Source: Spizellomyces punctatus DAOM BR117 (Eukaryota). From it: a stretch of DNA of 64,000 nucleotides. The notes beneath the pieces were generated by a model, which was not told where the DNA came from, did no database searches, and saw nothing but the letters and a program-made list of their open reading frames with translations. The stretch lies in the NCBI GenBank assembly GCA_000182565.2, contig KQ257455.1, one strand, 5' to 3'. Positions within the stretch are counted from its first letter, which is position 1; every line of letters starts with the position of its first letter. The translations under genes and the position numbers were made by a program. Below are positions 26,764 to 40,058 of the stretch, in pieces.

Positions 26764-28695
26764 CTACTTTTTCTGTGTTATGATTTTCCTCAAATCTGCA
26801 ATATTTTGAAGTACCTACGATTGTATGGTAATCTGAATTTTAGACCGCGTCGTATAATTGACACCGCAGGCGCTTCTTACCACTGTGTAATTATCGCCGT
26901 TCTGCAAGTCGGTCGCTGAAAAATTGTATTGCTTCGCTACCCCCGTGGCCTCTGCGGCCTTCAAATAGTTGTTTATATTCTCAAGCCGTGCGAAGGCGAA
27001 TTTTCCAGTGTTGATTTTCAACGAAGAATCAGGACGCACCGCGTTCATCAACCTGTTGGCAAATGGTAAACATGGGGGACAAACATAAACCAGTAGCGAA
27101 ATCATTGTCAGCGATTTGTAGTTGAAACATACCGGCATAGTAATTGGCCGTCCTTCAATAATTCCTTGAGGTCTGCAGGGTTGGTAGGACTAGACTCTCC
27201 GATGGTCTTGAAAATCCAATCCTTCAGCTCTTTCTCATCAACATCACCCAACTCAAGCCCAGTCTCCTGCGACTGGGTCCTACTCAGACGTCCGGGTTTC
27301 AACTGTCCAGCCATCATACCAGGATTCAATCCCATCAAAGGGTTAATCCCACCCATTCCTGCAATCTTCTTCTTGAACTCCACAGCAGGATCTTCAGCGG
27401 GCTTTTCTTCAACCATTTCTGGAGAGGTAGACTGGGGCAACCCCAACTATTTAGAGACGCTAACGGGTGGTTGATAGAGTAGATGTCGCTCACCAGTACA
27501 TCTTGGTCCAGGTTCTTTGTAGTTCCCTCTGAAGCAGAGGACTAGCGTAGAGAGCGATGAGGAAAAGATAATATAGCAATGTAAATCGTAAACCACATCC
27601 CCCCACCTGACTTTTCGTACTTGTCCGTGTTCGAGGAGAGGGTCGTGCTTTCGTTGCCTGTACCAGAGCTTGACGTGAGAAGATCTGATAAAAGGACTTC
27701 TCAAGAAAGTATTCGTACGTGCTCGAGCTTTCTCCCCGAATTTGCCAAGACTGGAAGTGGCCCCCCTTTTGCCGCCTTTAGACTTTCCAGTTCTGAAGTT
27801 AATTCCGCGACTCTTTGACGTAGTTTCTCAATTTCACTCAGATCCTCTTCAGCAACGCTCTCTCGCTTTTGATCGCCTTCCGAGCGGCTTGACGCGATCT
27901 TCTTCATAACATCTTCTGCTGACTTTCCATCCGCTACCAATGGTACGCCCTGCGCCAATTCTTCGGTGACTGCAGAGGTATCGTCGGCAACCGAGCGAAT
28001 TGCAGACCCAATATTTTCCAGCTGCTCGGTCGCACATCGGGAAGTCTCAGCGGCAATGATCAGTTCATTTTCGGTCACTGCCGACTCCGCCATAAATTCC
28101 ATATTGGCAATCCGTTCTTGAAGCTGACCAATTTGTGCATCTGTTGCATAGAATTGCAAAGGGTCAGGGCGTTCCCATTCTGTTTTGAATTCAGATATCT
28201 TCAATGTTACGAACCCTTCGCCTTGACCGCTTCTGTCAACTGCACTACTTTTGATTGCAATCTTGTCAGAACGTCATCTGGTGGCAATGGTTTGCCATGG
28301 ACGATGCAGATTATTGAGTTCCGATTCCGGGTTTGCCAAGCACATCGGAGAGTACAAGTCTCCGAATCGCACAGCTCCAGCTTCCCGCCCCCTTCAGTAC
28401 CTATGTCCTCGGTAGCCCGTCGTCTCAAAATATCAGCGGAAGGTGATATATCCATAGATTCGCTGGAAAAAGGAGAAAACAGAGAAGGCTGTCATGTTGA
28501 GCCTTTAGCTGTATTAAGCAGGTGGCAAGTCAATTGAACGCACCTCAGCGCAGCCTCCGGCGGTTGTAGGGGCGAATACTATGTTTAATACAAAGTTAGA
28601 TGAGGGCATTTCCATGAAGGTTTCAGTCTGTTGCTGCTCACCACCCAACCCCCGGTGGGTGCAACTGCAGGGTCGGCCTTCTCAGTCATTGTCAT
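26764..28695 (-). CDS. Coiled-coil protein with a C-terminal calponin-homology domain
   Basis: EKELKDWI...LKDGQLLC|RLMNAV...ARLENINNYLKAA...FSATDL is a calponin/transgelin-type CH domain; upstream exons are coiled-coil. Internal exon boundaries partly uncertain. Confidence 0.75.
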
Positions 28696-28928
28696 CGCCG
28701 TTCCTTGCACACGGTGAACGGCGGGCAGCATCCGCGTTCTGGTTGTTCCCCGCTACGAGTCACCGTGCCCCACGGCTTCTAAATGTAGACAAATGATGTC
28801 TGCAGTAATACAAGCGCTTGCTTCTCCGAGGTGAAGGACGACTCTGTTCCTCAGATTTCCATTAACACTTACTGCATGGTGCAGCTCTCCATTCAACTGT
28901 AACCTGATCGTCGCACTGTATCTAAACC

Positions 28929-31321
28929 ATGGAGCAACCAAAAATACATAAGCGGATATATAACGATACTCCCCGCTCTCCGCCAAAGCGTCATTTGTAT
29001 GTTCCTGTCAGACATCCACCTTCTCCGTCGTCGGACTTGTTTGAGAAGTCTGGAGAGGACGCTGTTCATACTGTTGTGAAAGAGGATGATTCTGATTCGA
29101 CAAACTATAGTGTGCTGCTGCCGGTATCAGCGACGTTGCAACGAGACCAAACCCCCGACTCAACAGTCTCGGAACTTTTTGCAGACGGATCTCGTGGAAA
29201 CGCAGGTTCACGAGACCTTTCTACGGACAGAGCATCAAATCGTTGCGATAATTCCAGAGGTAGTCAAGTTTCTACCCCTAGTTCAGTAGACAAATTTAGA
29301 AGACGTAACCCCATATCGCCAGTAACGTCTGGATCGTCAACAGCGGGAGACTCACCAGAGCCAAATAAGCCAGAGCTAGGCCACGAGACGATATCCGGAT
29401 GCGATTCAGCACCAACTAGCGAAAAAGGCCGACCGTTGTCGAAGGAACATACTACGATGGCCCCCAAAATGTCATCCAAGCGAAAGCGCAGTTGTGACCT
29501 TTCTGCCGAGTCACCACGAAATGGATTCGTCCCAAAAGATGTAAATGTCGATGAGGGCAATCGTGCCAATGCAGTAAAAGGGCCTGAGGGTGCGGCGAAA
29601 ACTGCCAATAGAAAAACTCCTGCTACGACAAAACCAAAGATAAGACGAAGAAATGATCATCGTCACTTGTCGAAGAGGGCCATGGAGCCTTGTATCAGTG
29701 CTCTGGATGTTGTCAAAGAACATCTGAAACTTTACTCGTTGCGTGAGTATTTGTCTGTGGCAAACATTTGAAAATTGTTCAGAAAGATGCTAAAACCTGC
29801 CTGAAAGTCTCAGAATCAGGAACCCGCGTACGTGAAGAATCGGATATGGAGACCATTGAACTGCAGTACCCTGGGGAAAGTGCTTCTGAAATGTAGGCTA
29901 TCTGTGTTCTGTTGTTGGCATCTCAGACCGTTCTACTAACACTCTTTGGGCACCGTAGCTTCCCACTCGTCGTATCACGGAAAGCTTTAGAATACAATCC
30001 AATCAAAGACATCTATGCAACAACTCAGTTTATTATCGAAAATTGCCTGAAAGACGAACATGCAGCGCGTTTCGGTGATACACGGTCCGGCATACTTCGA
30101 AGTATACAAAAGGCATGTAATCGGAAAAACGCAGAAGACCTGAAGGCAGGAATAGCGGCTTGGAATGAGGAAATGAGCGCTCTCAAAAAGAAAAAGATCT
30201 TTGCAAGTTGTGAATTTACTGGGCCTGCCGCAAGTTATCCTATGATAGCACACATCCTAGAGCAAGCATATTCACGATCAGTAGCACCCAGCTCAAGTTT
30301 ATTAAATAATTACGAAGGTATATAAGAGACGTGCGCTTCACCCTGAACCATTTCTAAGCTTTCGTTTCGTTATGTCTTAACCTTTTAGGGTTCTCAAATA
30401 ACGTTTACGGTGAAGTAAAGCATAATTTTGTAAATACCATTATCAAGGAGGCCAACATACAACCAAACCATGTATTTGTGGATATGGTACGTTTCGTTGT
30501 TGTCAGAATTGTTATCAGATGGTGCTGATACTGCTGACGCTGTCACCTTAATCTTAGGGCAGTGGTATCGGAAATGTTGTGCTACAAGTGGCAGCACAAT
30601 GCCTATGCGATTCATATGGAATAGAAATAATGGAAACGCCGGCGAAGCTGGCAGCTAAGCAGAAGAAAGAATTTGTATCCCGCATGAGGTTCGGTTTCAT
30701 CGCACTTGTTCTCGGCGGTGCTATGCATCAGTCTAATGGTGACTTTTTATTTGCTGAACAGATATTACGCAAAGCCTTGTGGCAGAATCACGTTGAAACA
30801 CACTGACTTCCTTGAAGACAATGAGATGCACGAAGTCATCAAGAAGGCCGATGTCATCTTTGTCAATAAGTCGGTACCTCTACTGTTGTATAACCGGTTT
30901 GTGAGACTATCCTTAACCAAGTTCCTCAGCTATGCCTTCAGTGCCGAGTTGAATCAAATGATCCTAGCCAAGTTTTTGGACTTGAAAGAAAATGCAATTG
31001 TAAGTAACCTTCCCGCATGCTACTGGTATCGTTACATTTAATTAGAGGCTGATCGAATCTCGTACGCAGGTCATTGCGCTTCGTAGTTTTGTTCCTGTTG
31101 ATCGCCCAACAGCGCGAAGTGCTCGACGAAGCAATGCCATTGAATCCATTTTTAGAGTGAAAGAGGTAGGTCACGTTCAGCCGCAACTATCCGAACGCGT
31201 TGATAACTTACGAGGCTCTTAGCATTACTTTGGTCGGGATAATGTGTCATGGATGAACGAAGGAGGACAGTACTATATCCACACTGTCGACCGTCGACAA
31301 CTCGCTAAATTATCAAGATGA
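28929..31321 (+). CDS. DOT1: Histone H3K79 methyltransferase Dot1
   Basis: NNVYGE, FVDM|GSGIGNVVLQVAA, YGIEIM, ADVIFVN|NYAF and VSW motifs across exons. Confidence 0.93.
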
Positions 31322-31750
31322 TTCATACAGTGAAATATCCGTTTTTGTAGATGATTTCTGTTCCGCCCTTACTGTGTCGTGTAATTATGAAGGAAATGTA
31401 GTGTACAGTAACTAGAAAGCATTCAATGCCAGATCCCCTAAGCAATTAATGTCGCCATGCAGTGACATTGTAGCGTTGAAAGAACGTTTCAACCACATGC
31501 CCTGCTGAACTCCAGCCATGGAACGATTGAAACGTTCTTCATATTTTCTTCCACAGTCGGAAGTTTCGTTAAATGCCTGAAATTCATGGTCCTTCTAATC
31601 GCTCATCCAAAGTCGCACTTTCCTCCAAAGTGGAGGACGCTAGCTATCCTGACTTGGATGTCAGTATGTGGCGGATTCAATAGGATCGAAGGCTCGAAAT
31701 TAGTGTGCAGGAGCAAACGTGGTGCACAAGTCTGTCATATGAGTAGCGAG

Positions 31751-32198
31751 TCACTGCGGGTCATCGAAGCGATAGGTATTCTCCTACGAGCACAATATAT
31801 GTGAGCAAAATGCTTTAACAACTGATAGCAGTTTTCAATTCGTTTGCAATTACCTCAAGGATTTCGTCCAACTTCTCCTTCAGCCACTCCACTACCGAAG
31901 CATCTGCACAAATGTCATTATATTAGCTTCAGTTCTTGAACTCAAGATATCTCAGAGTTTACGCTTCCCATATACCGCACCTATGAAGAGATGAGTTTCG
32001 TCCAGTGACTCGAATATAAATCGAGATTCACCATTCTCCTCTCTTTTGTTATCGAGATCTATCACAATCTGTTTGACGGCAGGATCACTGTATGTTGAGA
32101 GAAAAATGTACAAGACGATGTTAAGGACAGAGTTTGGTGTTGTCTAGTAGAACATGCACTTGCCATTCCAGAAGAGCTCCTTTTGTTGCTCGGACCAT
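31751..32198 (-). CDS. TFB5: TFIIH subunit Tfb5/p8 (GTF2H5), 4 exons, absent from the ORF track
   Basis: MVRATKGALLEC|DPAVKQIVIDLD...FIFESLDETHLFI|DASVVEWLKEKLDEILE|ENTY; first intron (32088-32163) has a GC donor. Confidence 0.92.
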
Positions 32199-32844
32199 GG
32201 CGAAAATGGGATTTGCAAGCGTCGTTTGCAACGCGATCGATCAGCGGATTGACAACACATGAATAAATAGTATGATGTTATGGCATTGCATTCTAACGTC
32301 AGTTGGTTTATAATACAAGTTCAAACACTACTCGATGATTCTCTGGGTGGTTATATGGAACCCAAGAACTTCTTGTTGCTTTTGGTTAGTTCAACACCGT
32401 TCTGAAAAAGGCATAGTTTGCAATCAAAAGTCAAAGAATGACCCTTGGAAAGGCTATTGTTCTACGTTGTTCGTAAAGTCTCGCACTATGGTGTTGGCCG
32501 GAGGACTCACTCGCAGTCCATTCTCGTCAACGTAATATATTGTGGCAATGTTGTCGTCAATGCGCTGAATACGGCGCCCCAGAAACATCGAACTCGGGCA
32601 CATTCTGGTCCTTGAAGGAGTAGATCCCGTTACACGGCATCTGCATGACTGTTTATTATGTTACCCTGTTCTGTCTCTCCGTGTGTATAAGTAACCACCT
32701 TCGAATTGTGTTCGCAGAGTCGTCATTTCAAAGGTAGCGCGGTTCAGACGACCAGTTATAACTTGAATTCTTAGCCTCACACACTATCTGTCATGGTAAT
32801 TGATAGTCGACAAATCTATATACACTTGTAGAAGCCCATCTCTC

Positions 32845-34419
32845 TTATATATCGACTGTTTCTGCTGATAAGGGTGTTCCGCACCAATCCCAGGCCCGAC
32901 TCGCCAAAACGTTGTACGAAAAATGCTTGCGAACCAACCATGTACCCGCCGTGTAAAGATATCCATGATAGGAAAGCTGAGCTACACCGCGGTGCTATTT
33001 GAGATGAACAAACGTTATAAGGGGTAGCTCTCATGAACATACAGGGGGAAGCCACTTACCAAGCCGAAATACAAGTAGATTTGCGGCAGCACGGGACTTC
33101 TCTCCACCAACTTGATCTCGTCATCTTTTAATCCCTTCTCCCTGCCCTCAACCAATTTCACCACGTTTTCAATGGCAACTGCTGCATGTGCAAATGCCGA
33201 TATTCCGGTCTTAATATCCGGGAGATCCACCACATCTCCTCCCGCAAATACATTTGGGAATCGCGGATCGGCAATTTGAAGGCTTGGCTTCACCAGGACA
33301 TACTTGTTTTCCGGATTGATCGATGCGGGGGAGAGGGTGCTGAGGAGTGCGCTGTTGGGGATCATTCCCGTGCAAAGGATTTGGAGATCCGTCGTAATGG
33401 AGAGCCCGGCCCGTGTTTTAACGACAATTTCCTTGCCATCATCCTTGAAACCACCAGGGGGAATGATGACACGATCCCCAAGGATTTGCCGTACTCCGAG
33501 GTTCTTAAGGATGGAATATGCTCGCCGATGTAGACCAAACTTGTACGTCTGAAGATACCGCGCTCGAGAATGAACCAAGGTCACTTCCTTTTCCGGATAG
33601 TGTTCTTTGATCTCTGCTGCCAATTCCAGTCCTACTGCTCCTCCTCCTACGACGAGCACTTTGTCCGACCGTCCTATTCGGGCTTGGTATTCCTTTAACA
33701 CGGTCACACCCTCTTCCTTAGTGTTCTCATCACTCAAGCAACCTGGTCTTGGATGCTTTGCCCCAGCGCCGTACAACAAATACTCGTATGGAACTATTGT
33801 ACCGAACCCATCCACAGACCGGTCCAGTTCCACGTGGGTAGGGGTAATGGATGTTGCGCATGCTTGAATGACACGCCCTTCCTTGGCACTTTTGAATAAG
33901 TTATCATATGGAGCAAAAAGCTCTTTCTCGAAACCTGGTATCACAGAGGCGCGCGGGAATGCAAACATGTAATGCATGTGGGAATGTTTTTCTATGATGA
34001 TAAGGCGATAATTTTTCGGAAGGGGAAGAGAGTAGCGAACTTTCATTGCTGTTGCAATGCCTGTAATTTACAATGCAGGAGATCAATACTTGTGCCTTTA
34101 TTCGAACATGAAGTTTACACGTACCAAATATCGATCCCCCGATGATAACTATATTTTTATATTCCTCTGCTCCAATATCTACGGCCTGTGCGGTCTTGAT
34201 GACTTCCTGGCCCTTAAGAGGCAAGCCCTGGTGCTGCTTTCTTTCTCCCGCAAGGTGTGAAGCAATTTGATACAAGGTTGGCGCTAGTCCCTGTGATGAA
34301 ACTTCATGAAATACGGCCGAGCATGTGTCGAACGCATCGTTCATGGTGGGGCCCAGGAATGGCACCGAATGCAGTGCCTCGGTACAGCGTTGAAGTCTAG
34401 AGATGTTTGGGCCGAGCAT
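32845..34419 (-). CDS. AMID/AIFM2 (FSP1)-like FAD/NAD(P)H oxidoreductase, 3 exons
   Basis: NIVIIGGS, VLVVGGGAVGLELAAEIKEHYPEKEVTLVHSR, NVFAGGDV. Confidence 0.88.
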
Positions 34420-35739
34420 TGCGGAAGGAAGGAGGATTGTTTGGAGGCCATGGTGCGAAAACGTGGGTTTTATGTACGTTGAAAGTTGGAAGGAATGTCG
34501 TTCGGGCGCCAGGAAGCGTTGTTGAATGAACCCTATTGGTCGTTGTTACCGATGCTACAACCTTATTGTTGCATGGTAACGGATGGCACAGCAGTCGAGT
34601 CGGAAGACTAGCGCGCTGTTACTTGAGAGCATGAATGAAGACTGGGGAATTATTTGCATGATATGTTTTCCGATGAAAACAAAATTCTTAAAGCAGGTAA
34701 CTTTCATACCGTATATGAGCAGCCGTGGGCTGCTTCATCATGTGTAAGAAAATGCAAACGTCAATGTAGCGTGGCAGCTTATTGAATCAACATGAAAATG
34801 GGTCCATTTGCAGCCATCTGATGAGTGGAACCTACTCTTTCTTTCCTCTGTCCTTTTGTTCTTTATCTCTCGACTCTCAAGCGAAGAATCATGAGAAGAA
34901 TGGGGATCTGGTGCCGAGAACCTCGCCCTCCTACCATCCACCATCCCGGTGATACTAGTTACCCGGTTAGACCAACTGTAGTGTATCGCATGCGTAATAA
35001 GACCTGGTAGTAGCTTGCTTCATCCGTGGGTCATGCCCATCTAACCAGTCAAGCTTACGGGCATTGGGCATTTGATCGCATTGGCGTCTCTTATTTGTCG
35101 CCAGACTAAGCCACTGATCCGGACCAAATCATCTGGGGACAGTGGGGACGCTCCTGACGATTACCATCCTGCTTCTCAACGACGATGGTAATGGTCAGCA
35201 TCGAGGGTCAGAATCTGAAATAATTAATAATAAATATATGTCTTTTACACTCATGACGTCGTAACAGCTGTGCTCACTATCGAAGTTTCGAACGAGATGC
35301 CGAGATGCCTGCTTCTGGTGCTCCTTAGAAACCTTGACCGTACGTGGCTTCATTCGTCCTGGAAAATGAAAGCATACTGCTACCAAAGTGTGGAAAGTGT
35401 GAAGTGAAGTTTGAAAGCTTTCTGCAGCCAAAATCTGAAGAAGAGTGTGTCATATGATTGTTCGATTGTGAACAGTATTTTGACCATACCCATGGTTATA
35501 AGAGCCCAAGGCTCACATGTGCATCATTCCGATAAGAATGCTAGATAGAAAGCTCCCAAGAATCGGCGAATTGCAAGTTCCAGTATTGACCTCCACCTTT
35601 TTATATTTGTGGAGCCTGAAAGGACGAGCTTACACGATTGTGTTTAGTCACATGATCACGCCAACCAACCTCTCGAGTTTCAACGGTGGAGAACAGACTC
35701 GTCGTAAGAGCTGTCACTGACTGGAAAACGCCATCCACC

Positions 35740-37066
35740 ATGCTAGCATCAAACCCTCACGCTGAAGTCAATCTCCGTCGACTTCTGGCCAAGTTCGAAT
35801 CCAACTTGGCAACTTTCCAAAGTGACGGCGACTCCTCCGACAAGGGCCCGTTTGTGCTGGCCAAATACCAAGCAGTGAGTACTCAATGTCTCAGTTGTCT
35901 GAACGTGAACATTAACTTAACACACTTATTTGAGAATATATCGCATCTGCACCGCCTGTTGCGCACGATTGAGACTGACTCTGCAAGAAAATGTCAGGAT
36001 TCAGTACTGTCCGAGTATCGGCGTAGAGTGGAGCAGTTGGAAGATGTATTGGACCAAAGTCGACTGGTGGGTATTATGCATCTAACTATCGTGTTTTCCG
36101 CAGCTGTTGATCTGTTCTGATCTCTGATAGTTGTCATCGGTGGAGAAGACTGTATCATCTATACGAAAATTATCCTGCCTGCCTGATTCAGACCCTGATG
36201 CTGCGGAGCGAGTCAAAGCTGCTGATCGTATTCTGACATTGCAGAGAATGGCGGAGGAGGATTTAAGAGCGGAGTTATTGGAGGTCGGTGCTTTTGTCTC
36301 CAGATTTCTTCTGTGACTTCCCTCACATTGCTTGTAGTCAACACGTGAAGCGAGCGGGAGGGTATCGATTCTGGGGAATGAGCAACAGACGCTGGATGAG
36401 GCCAGGGAAGGTCTGCGTCACCTGCTTTGGTTGGGACTCATTGATTAGTCTGGCCGTGGCCCTCTGACCCATCTCGGTTTGCAGAGCTCCTGTCCACTCC
36501 TCAACGCGACCTTCGTAAACGAAAGTATGTTCACATGAACTTTGCTTTAATGTGCCCTTTCTCACAATTTCCCAGTCATAAATCGCATAGCGCATCTCCC
36601 GCTTCAGCTTTGGACACACCAGAAGACCTGACCTTACTCTTAGACCACGACAAAAAACTGCAAGAGCAGATGGCGGAAGATATGGCCCACATGGCTGCTC
36701 AATTGAAGCTAAATAGTCTGGCACTGAGGGATGGATTGAAGAAAGAGTCCAAGGTATCTTCCTTGGTTATTGCAGAGTACGATTACGACAGGTGCTGATG
36801 TTTGCTTGTCGTAGGTTTTGGACGAAGCACATCATCATCTCTCGACAAACGTGTTCCGACTACAAAGAGAAGGGCTTCGACTGGGGACGCTCAATATCAC
36901 AGCCAGATCTACCACTTGGATGGTGTGGCTGACGGTATTGTTCGTGTGTATCGCATTTGTCTTTACCTTTGTGGTCATGAGGCTCTTCAAACCGCGGGTA
37001 GAGAGTCCAGTTGTGGTTGCGCCAAAAGGTCCACATGTGGGTGAGGACGATGGGTGGTTGTGGTAG
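35740..37066 (+). CDS. USE1: ER Qc-SNARE Use1
   Basis: EVNLRRLL N-terminus; SNARE motif QEQMAEDMAHMAAQLKLNS...VLDEA; C-terminal TM. Confidence 0.85.
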
Positions 37067-37292
37067 ACAAGCCACGAGTGAAGGGGATGTACATATGATT
37101 TTTTCTTTAGGATATTAGGATGAGTTTTATTAGCCGTCCCGGGCAGGATAATTGTAGATTGCACAGCATTTGGTAAATAGAACTTTTTAAAAGCTAAAAG
37201 CGGATTAACTAAACTATCGAACATATCATGCACTATTTTCCATTCCGAGTTTTGACCTCTAAGCACACATGTGGCGCAGTAGGCGCCTGATC

Positions 37293-38867
37293 ATGTCGAC
37301 GATCGTCACTCTAGCTGGTGGTAAGGAGCATCTGCCAATTCAACACTGACAACACGAACTTGCGAGATATGGAGAATGGCTCAAACCTGGTGACGGGTGC
37401 AGCAGAGGCTCTTAAACGCCATACATGTTATGATCTACTACCGGTCAGCTACAAAATTATTGTACTTGACACATCTCTATTGGTGAAAAAAGCCTTGGCA
37501 GCTTTACTTCAACATGGTCAGTTCCCTCGTCTACGCACTCTGGACTATAATACCCAGAATACCTCACACAATACGTTTCATGCAGGAGTTCAGTCGGCTC
37601 CGCTCTGGGATTCTTCTGAGCAGCGGTTTGCCGGAATGTTGACTGGTGGGTAGTGGTCTGTAAAATGATACACTCGAACATGCACTGAAAACTTGGCCTT
37701 TTAATTTCGCCTTCAGTAACGGATTTTATCTACCTTATTCGATATTACTATAATCACACGTCCTACGAGTCTGCCATCGAAGAGATTGAACAGCTGCAAA
37801 TAGCCGGGCTCCGAGGTTTATCTTTTGGATTTCTCCCCGTACATGTTTGAGAAACTCATTGATTTGGGCTTTCAGATATCGAGCGAAAAATGGAAGTTCT
37901 ACGTCCTCGAAATATATCTATCCATCCAATGCAAACGTTGTACGAAGGTATGAAAATAATGGGTGCGGCCTGATGTGTGACACTACGGGATATTGATCGT
38001 TCGTTGCTTTAGCAAGTAAACTTCTATTAGATGATCATCTCCACCGCCTTCCGCTCGTTGATCGAAGTGGTGATCAGGAGACAGTGGTATCAGTAGTCAC
38101 CCAGTACAAGATTCTGAAATATCTTGCTGCGAATGTAAGGAGGTGAATACTAGGAAGGCGCATACGTGTGTGAGAACTTGGTGGTCAACACCGGTGCTCA
38201 CAAACCCCTCTGGCAGGCACCTGCCGTTACCAAACTAGATGTCACACTGAAAGATCTTGGCATCGGGACTTTTGAGAATCTTGCCACGGCGACAGCAACA
38301 ACACCACTCATTACAGTACTTAATCTGTTTATAGAACGAAAGATATCCGCCGTGCCCATTGTAGATGACGAAGGTAAGAACGTCTGAGACTGATTGGCCA
38401 AGTCATAGGGGCATTTAATCTGAGTTGTCTGCGCAGGAAATGTGCTGGATGTGTATGAGAAATATGATGTCCTGGTAGGAATCCATGTAGTGTAATGGGA
38501 TTGTCAGCGGAGCAATCCTTCTTGCAGAAGGTCTCACGGTCTTTCGGTTCCTCGAAAACAGATGCTGGCGCGGGAAGGGGCTTACTACGATCTAGAGATG
38601 CCCGTAAGCGAAGCATTAGTGAAGCGATCACCGGTAGGCTTCCGTCCCCATTGCTGCACATATATGTATCCTAAGATTGACGATCAATGCTTATTTCCGC
38701 CCCAGGATTTTGAGGGTATCCACACATGCACTCTATCAGACACATTAGGTCATGTTCTAGAGACCATTCGCCGAATGCCCGTACATCGATTTATTGTTGT
38801 TCAAGATAACAAGTTGAAAGGCGTTGTCTCACTCAGCGATCTATTGGGGTATTTGATTGAACACTGA
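37293..38867 (+). CDS. SNF4: AMPK/SNF1 gamma subunit with CBS domains (first exon uncertain; alternative ATG 37369)
   Basis: CYDLLPVSYKIIVLDTSLLVKKAL, SAPLWDS, FAGMLT, ISAVPIVD, GVVSLSDLL. Confidence 0.95.
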
Positions 38868-39029
38868 GAGAATACAGTTTGTTAAATATCCTTGTATATA
38901 ATGTGTGAATAATACATAATTGGACGTGCGACGTGCTGGGATGTGCGTGAATGGGATTAACGAGTGTTTCGATGTCACAGAGGGGACTCGTGCGCGCGGA
39001 TATGTGCGGCAAGTTTGGCTTGCTTCTCG

Positions 39030-39330
39030 TCATGTCGTCGCAGCAGGCTGAGATCCAGGGACATGCTGATCTCTTTCCAATTGTCTCCGCAGTTCTTCCT
39101 GCCGCTCCAATTCCCTCATATTTTCTTTTTTCTGGGCTCGCCGACCCTCATCTCGTTCAAGACCGATCCTTCGAGTCTTTAGGAATTTGGTGAGTATTTA
39201 AGCACAGTCCAACCCGTTCCTGCACATGACCTACATGAAACTCCAACTCTTGCATGTAATGAACTGCGCCAATAGTCCCCAAGGTCACCACACATGATAT
39301 ACCGAAAGTAATCTTGGATGCTCTTGACAT
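39030..39330 (-). CDS. PET117: Cytochrome c oxidase assembly factor Pet117, 2 exons
   Basis: MSRASKITFGISCVVTLGTIGAVHYMQ...|...GLERDEGRRAQKKKNMRELERQEELR. Confidence 0.88.
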
Positions 39331-39489
39331 TGTTATTTTTCCAGTTGAATTCAAAGTGATCTGCTGTGAAAGAATTGATTTCCGATCACGGGCGCGGGTT
39401 CAGGTTGGTGAGTCAACGTCAGCTTGCGTGAGGGCTTCTCTCCCATTCGTGCATACTGTGAACTTTCACACGGTAATCAACTAGACAAG

Positions 39490-40015
39490 ATGCATCCTCT
39501 TCCCCAATTACCGTCCGTTCTATCTTCATCCCGAACGTCTGCTCCCCAAAACACAGTCCCTATAGATCCCACCCTCATTGATGAAATTGAAAAGACTGCT
39601 GAGCAGGTATCAGCCGATGTCGTTCGGTTTCTCGGTAATTTGAAAACACGAATGGACGAGGTAGCCTAAGCAATGATGTTGCCGACTCGGCTCTTGAAAG
39701 TTGCGGTCTCAACTCTGACTGATGTAGATCACGTCATATACCCATGAATCTGTTGGCGTCAACCGACAAGCTGTAAATTCCCTTTCACATTCAATAGAAG
39801 AATCCATTGACCAAATGACAGGACTGATCAATGCTGTGGACGAATTAAGTCATGATATGACGGCCGTGCAGACGTTAGCCGGAGAAATGTGGGTGTTTAT
39901 CTCGTCACTTTGGGCAACGCGCGTCCGGACCTGATGATGCTTACTTCCAATATAAACCCCCAGCAAGACAATAAAAGATGCACTGGATCGAGTAGAGTCG
40001 ATTATTGGGAAGTAA
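39490..40015 (+). CDS. BORCS6: BLOC-1-related complex subunit 6 (lyspersin/DUF2365)-like, 3 exons
   Basis: PIDPTLIDEIEKTA...AVNSLSHSIEESIDQMTGLINAVDELSHDM...LAGEI|KTIKDALDRVE matches the recalled BORCS6 C-terminal domain pattern. Confidence 0.78.
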
Positions 40016-40058
40016 TGCTCGAATAGAGGCAAAATTGGAGAATACGGAAGGCTTATAA

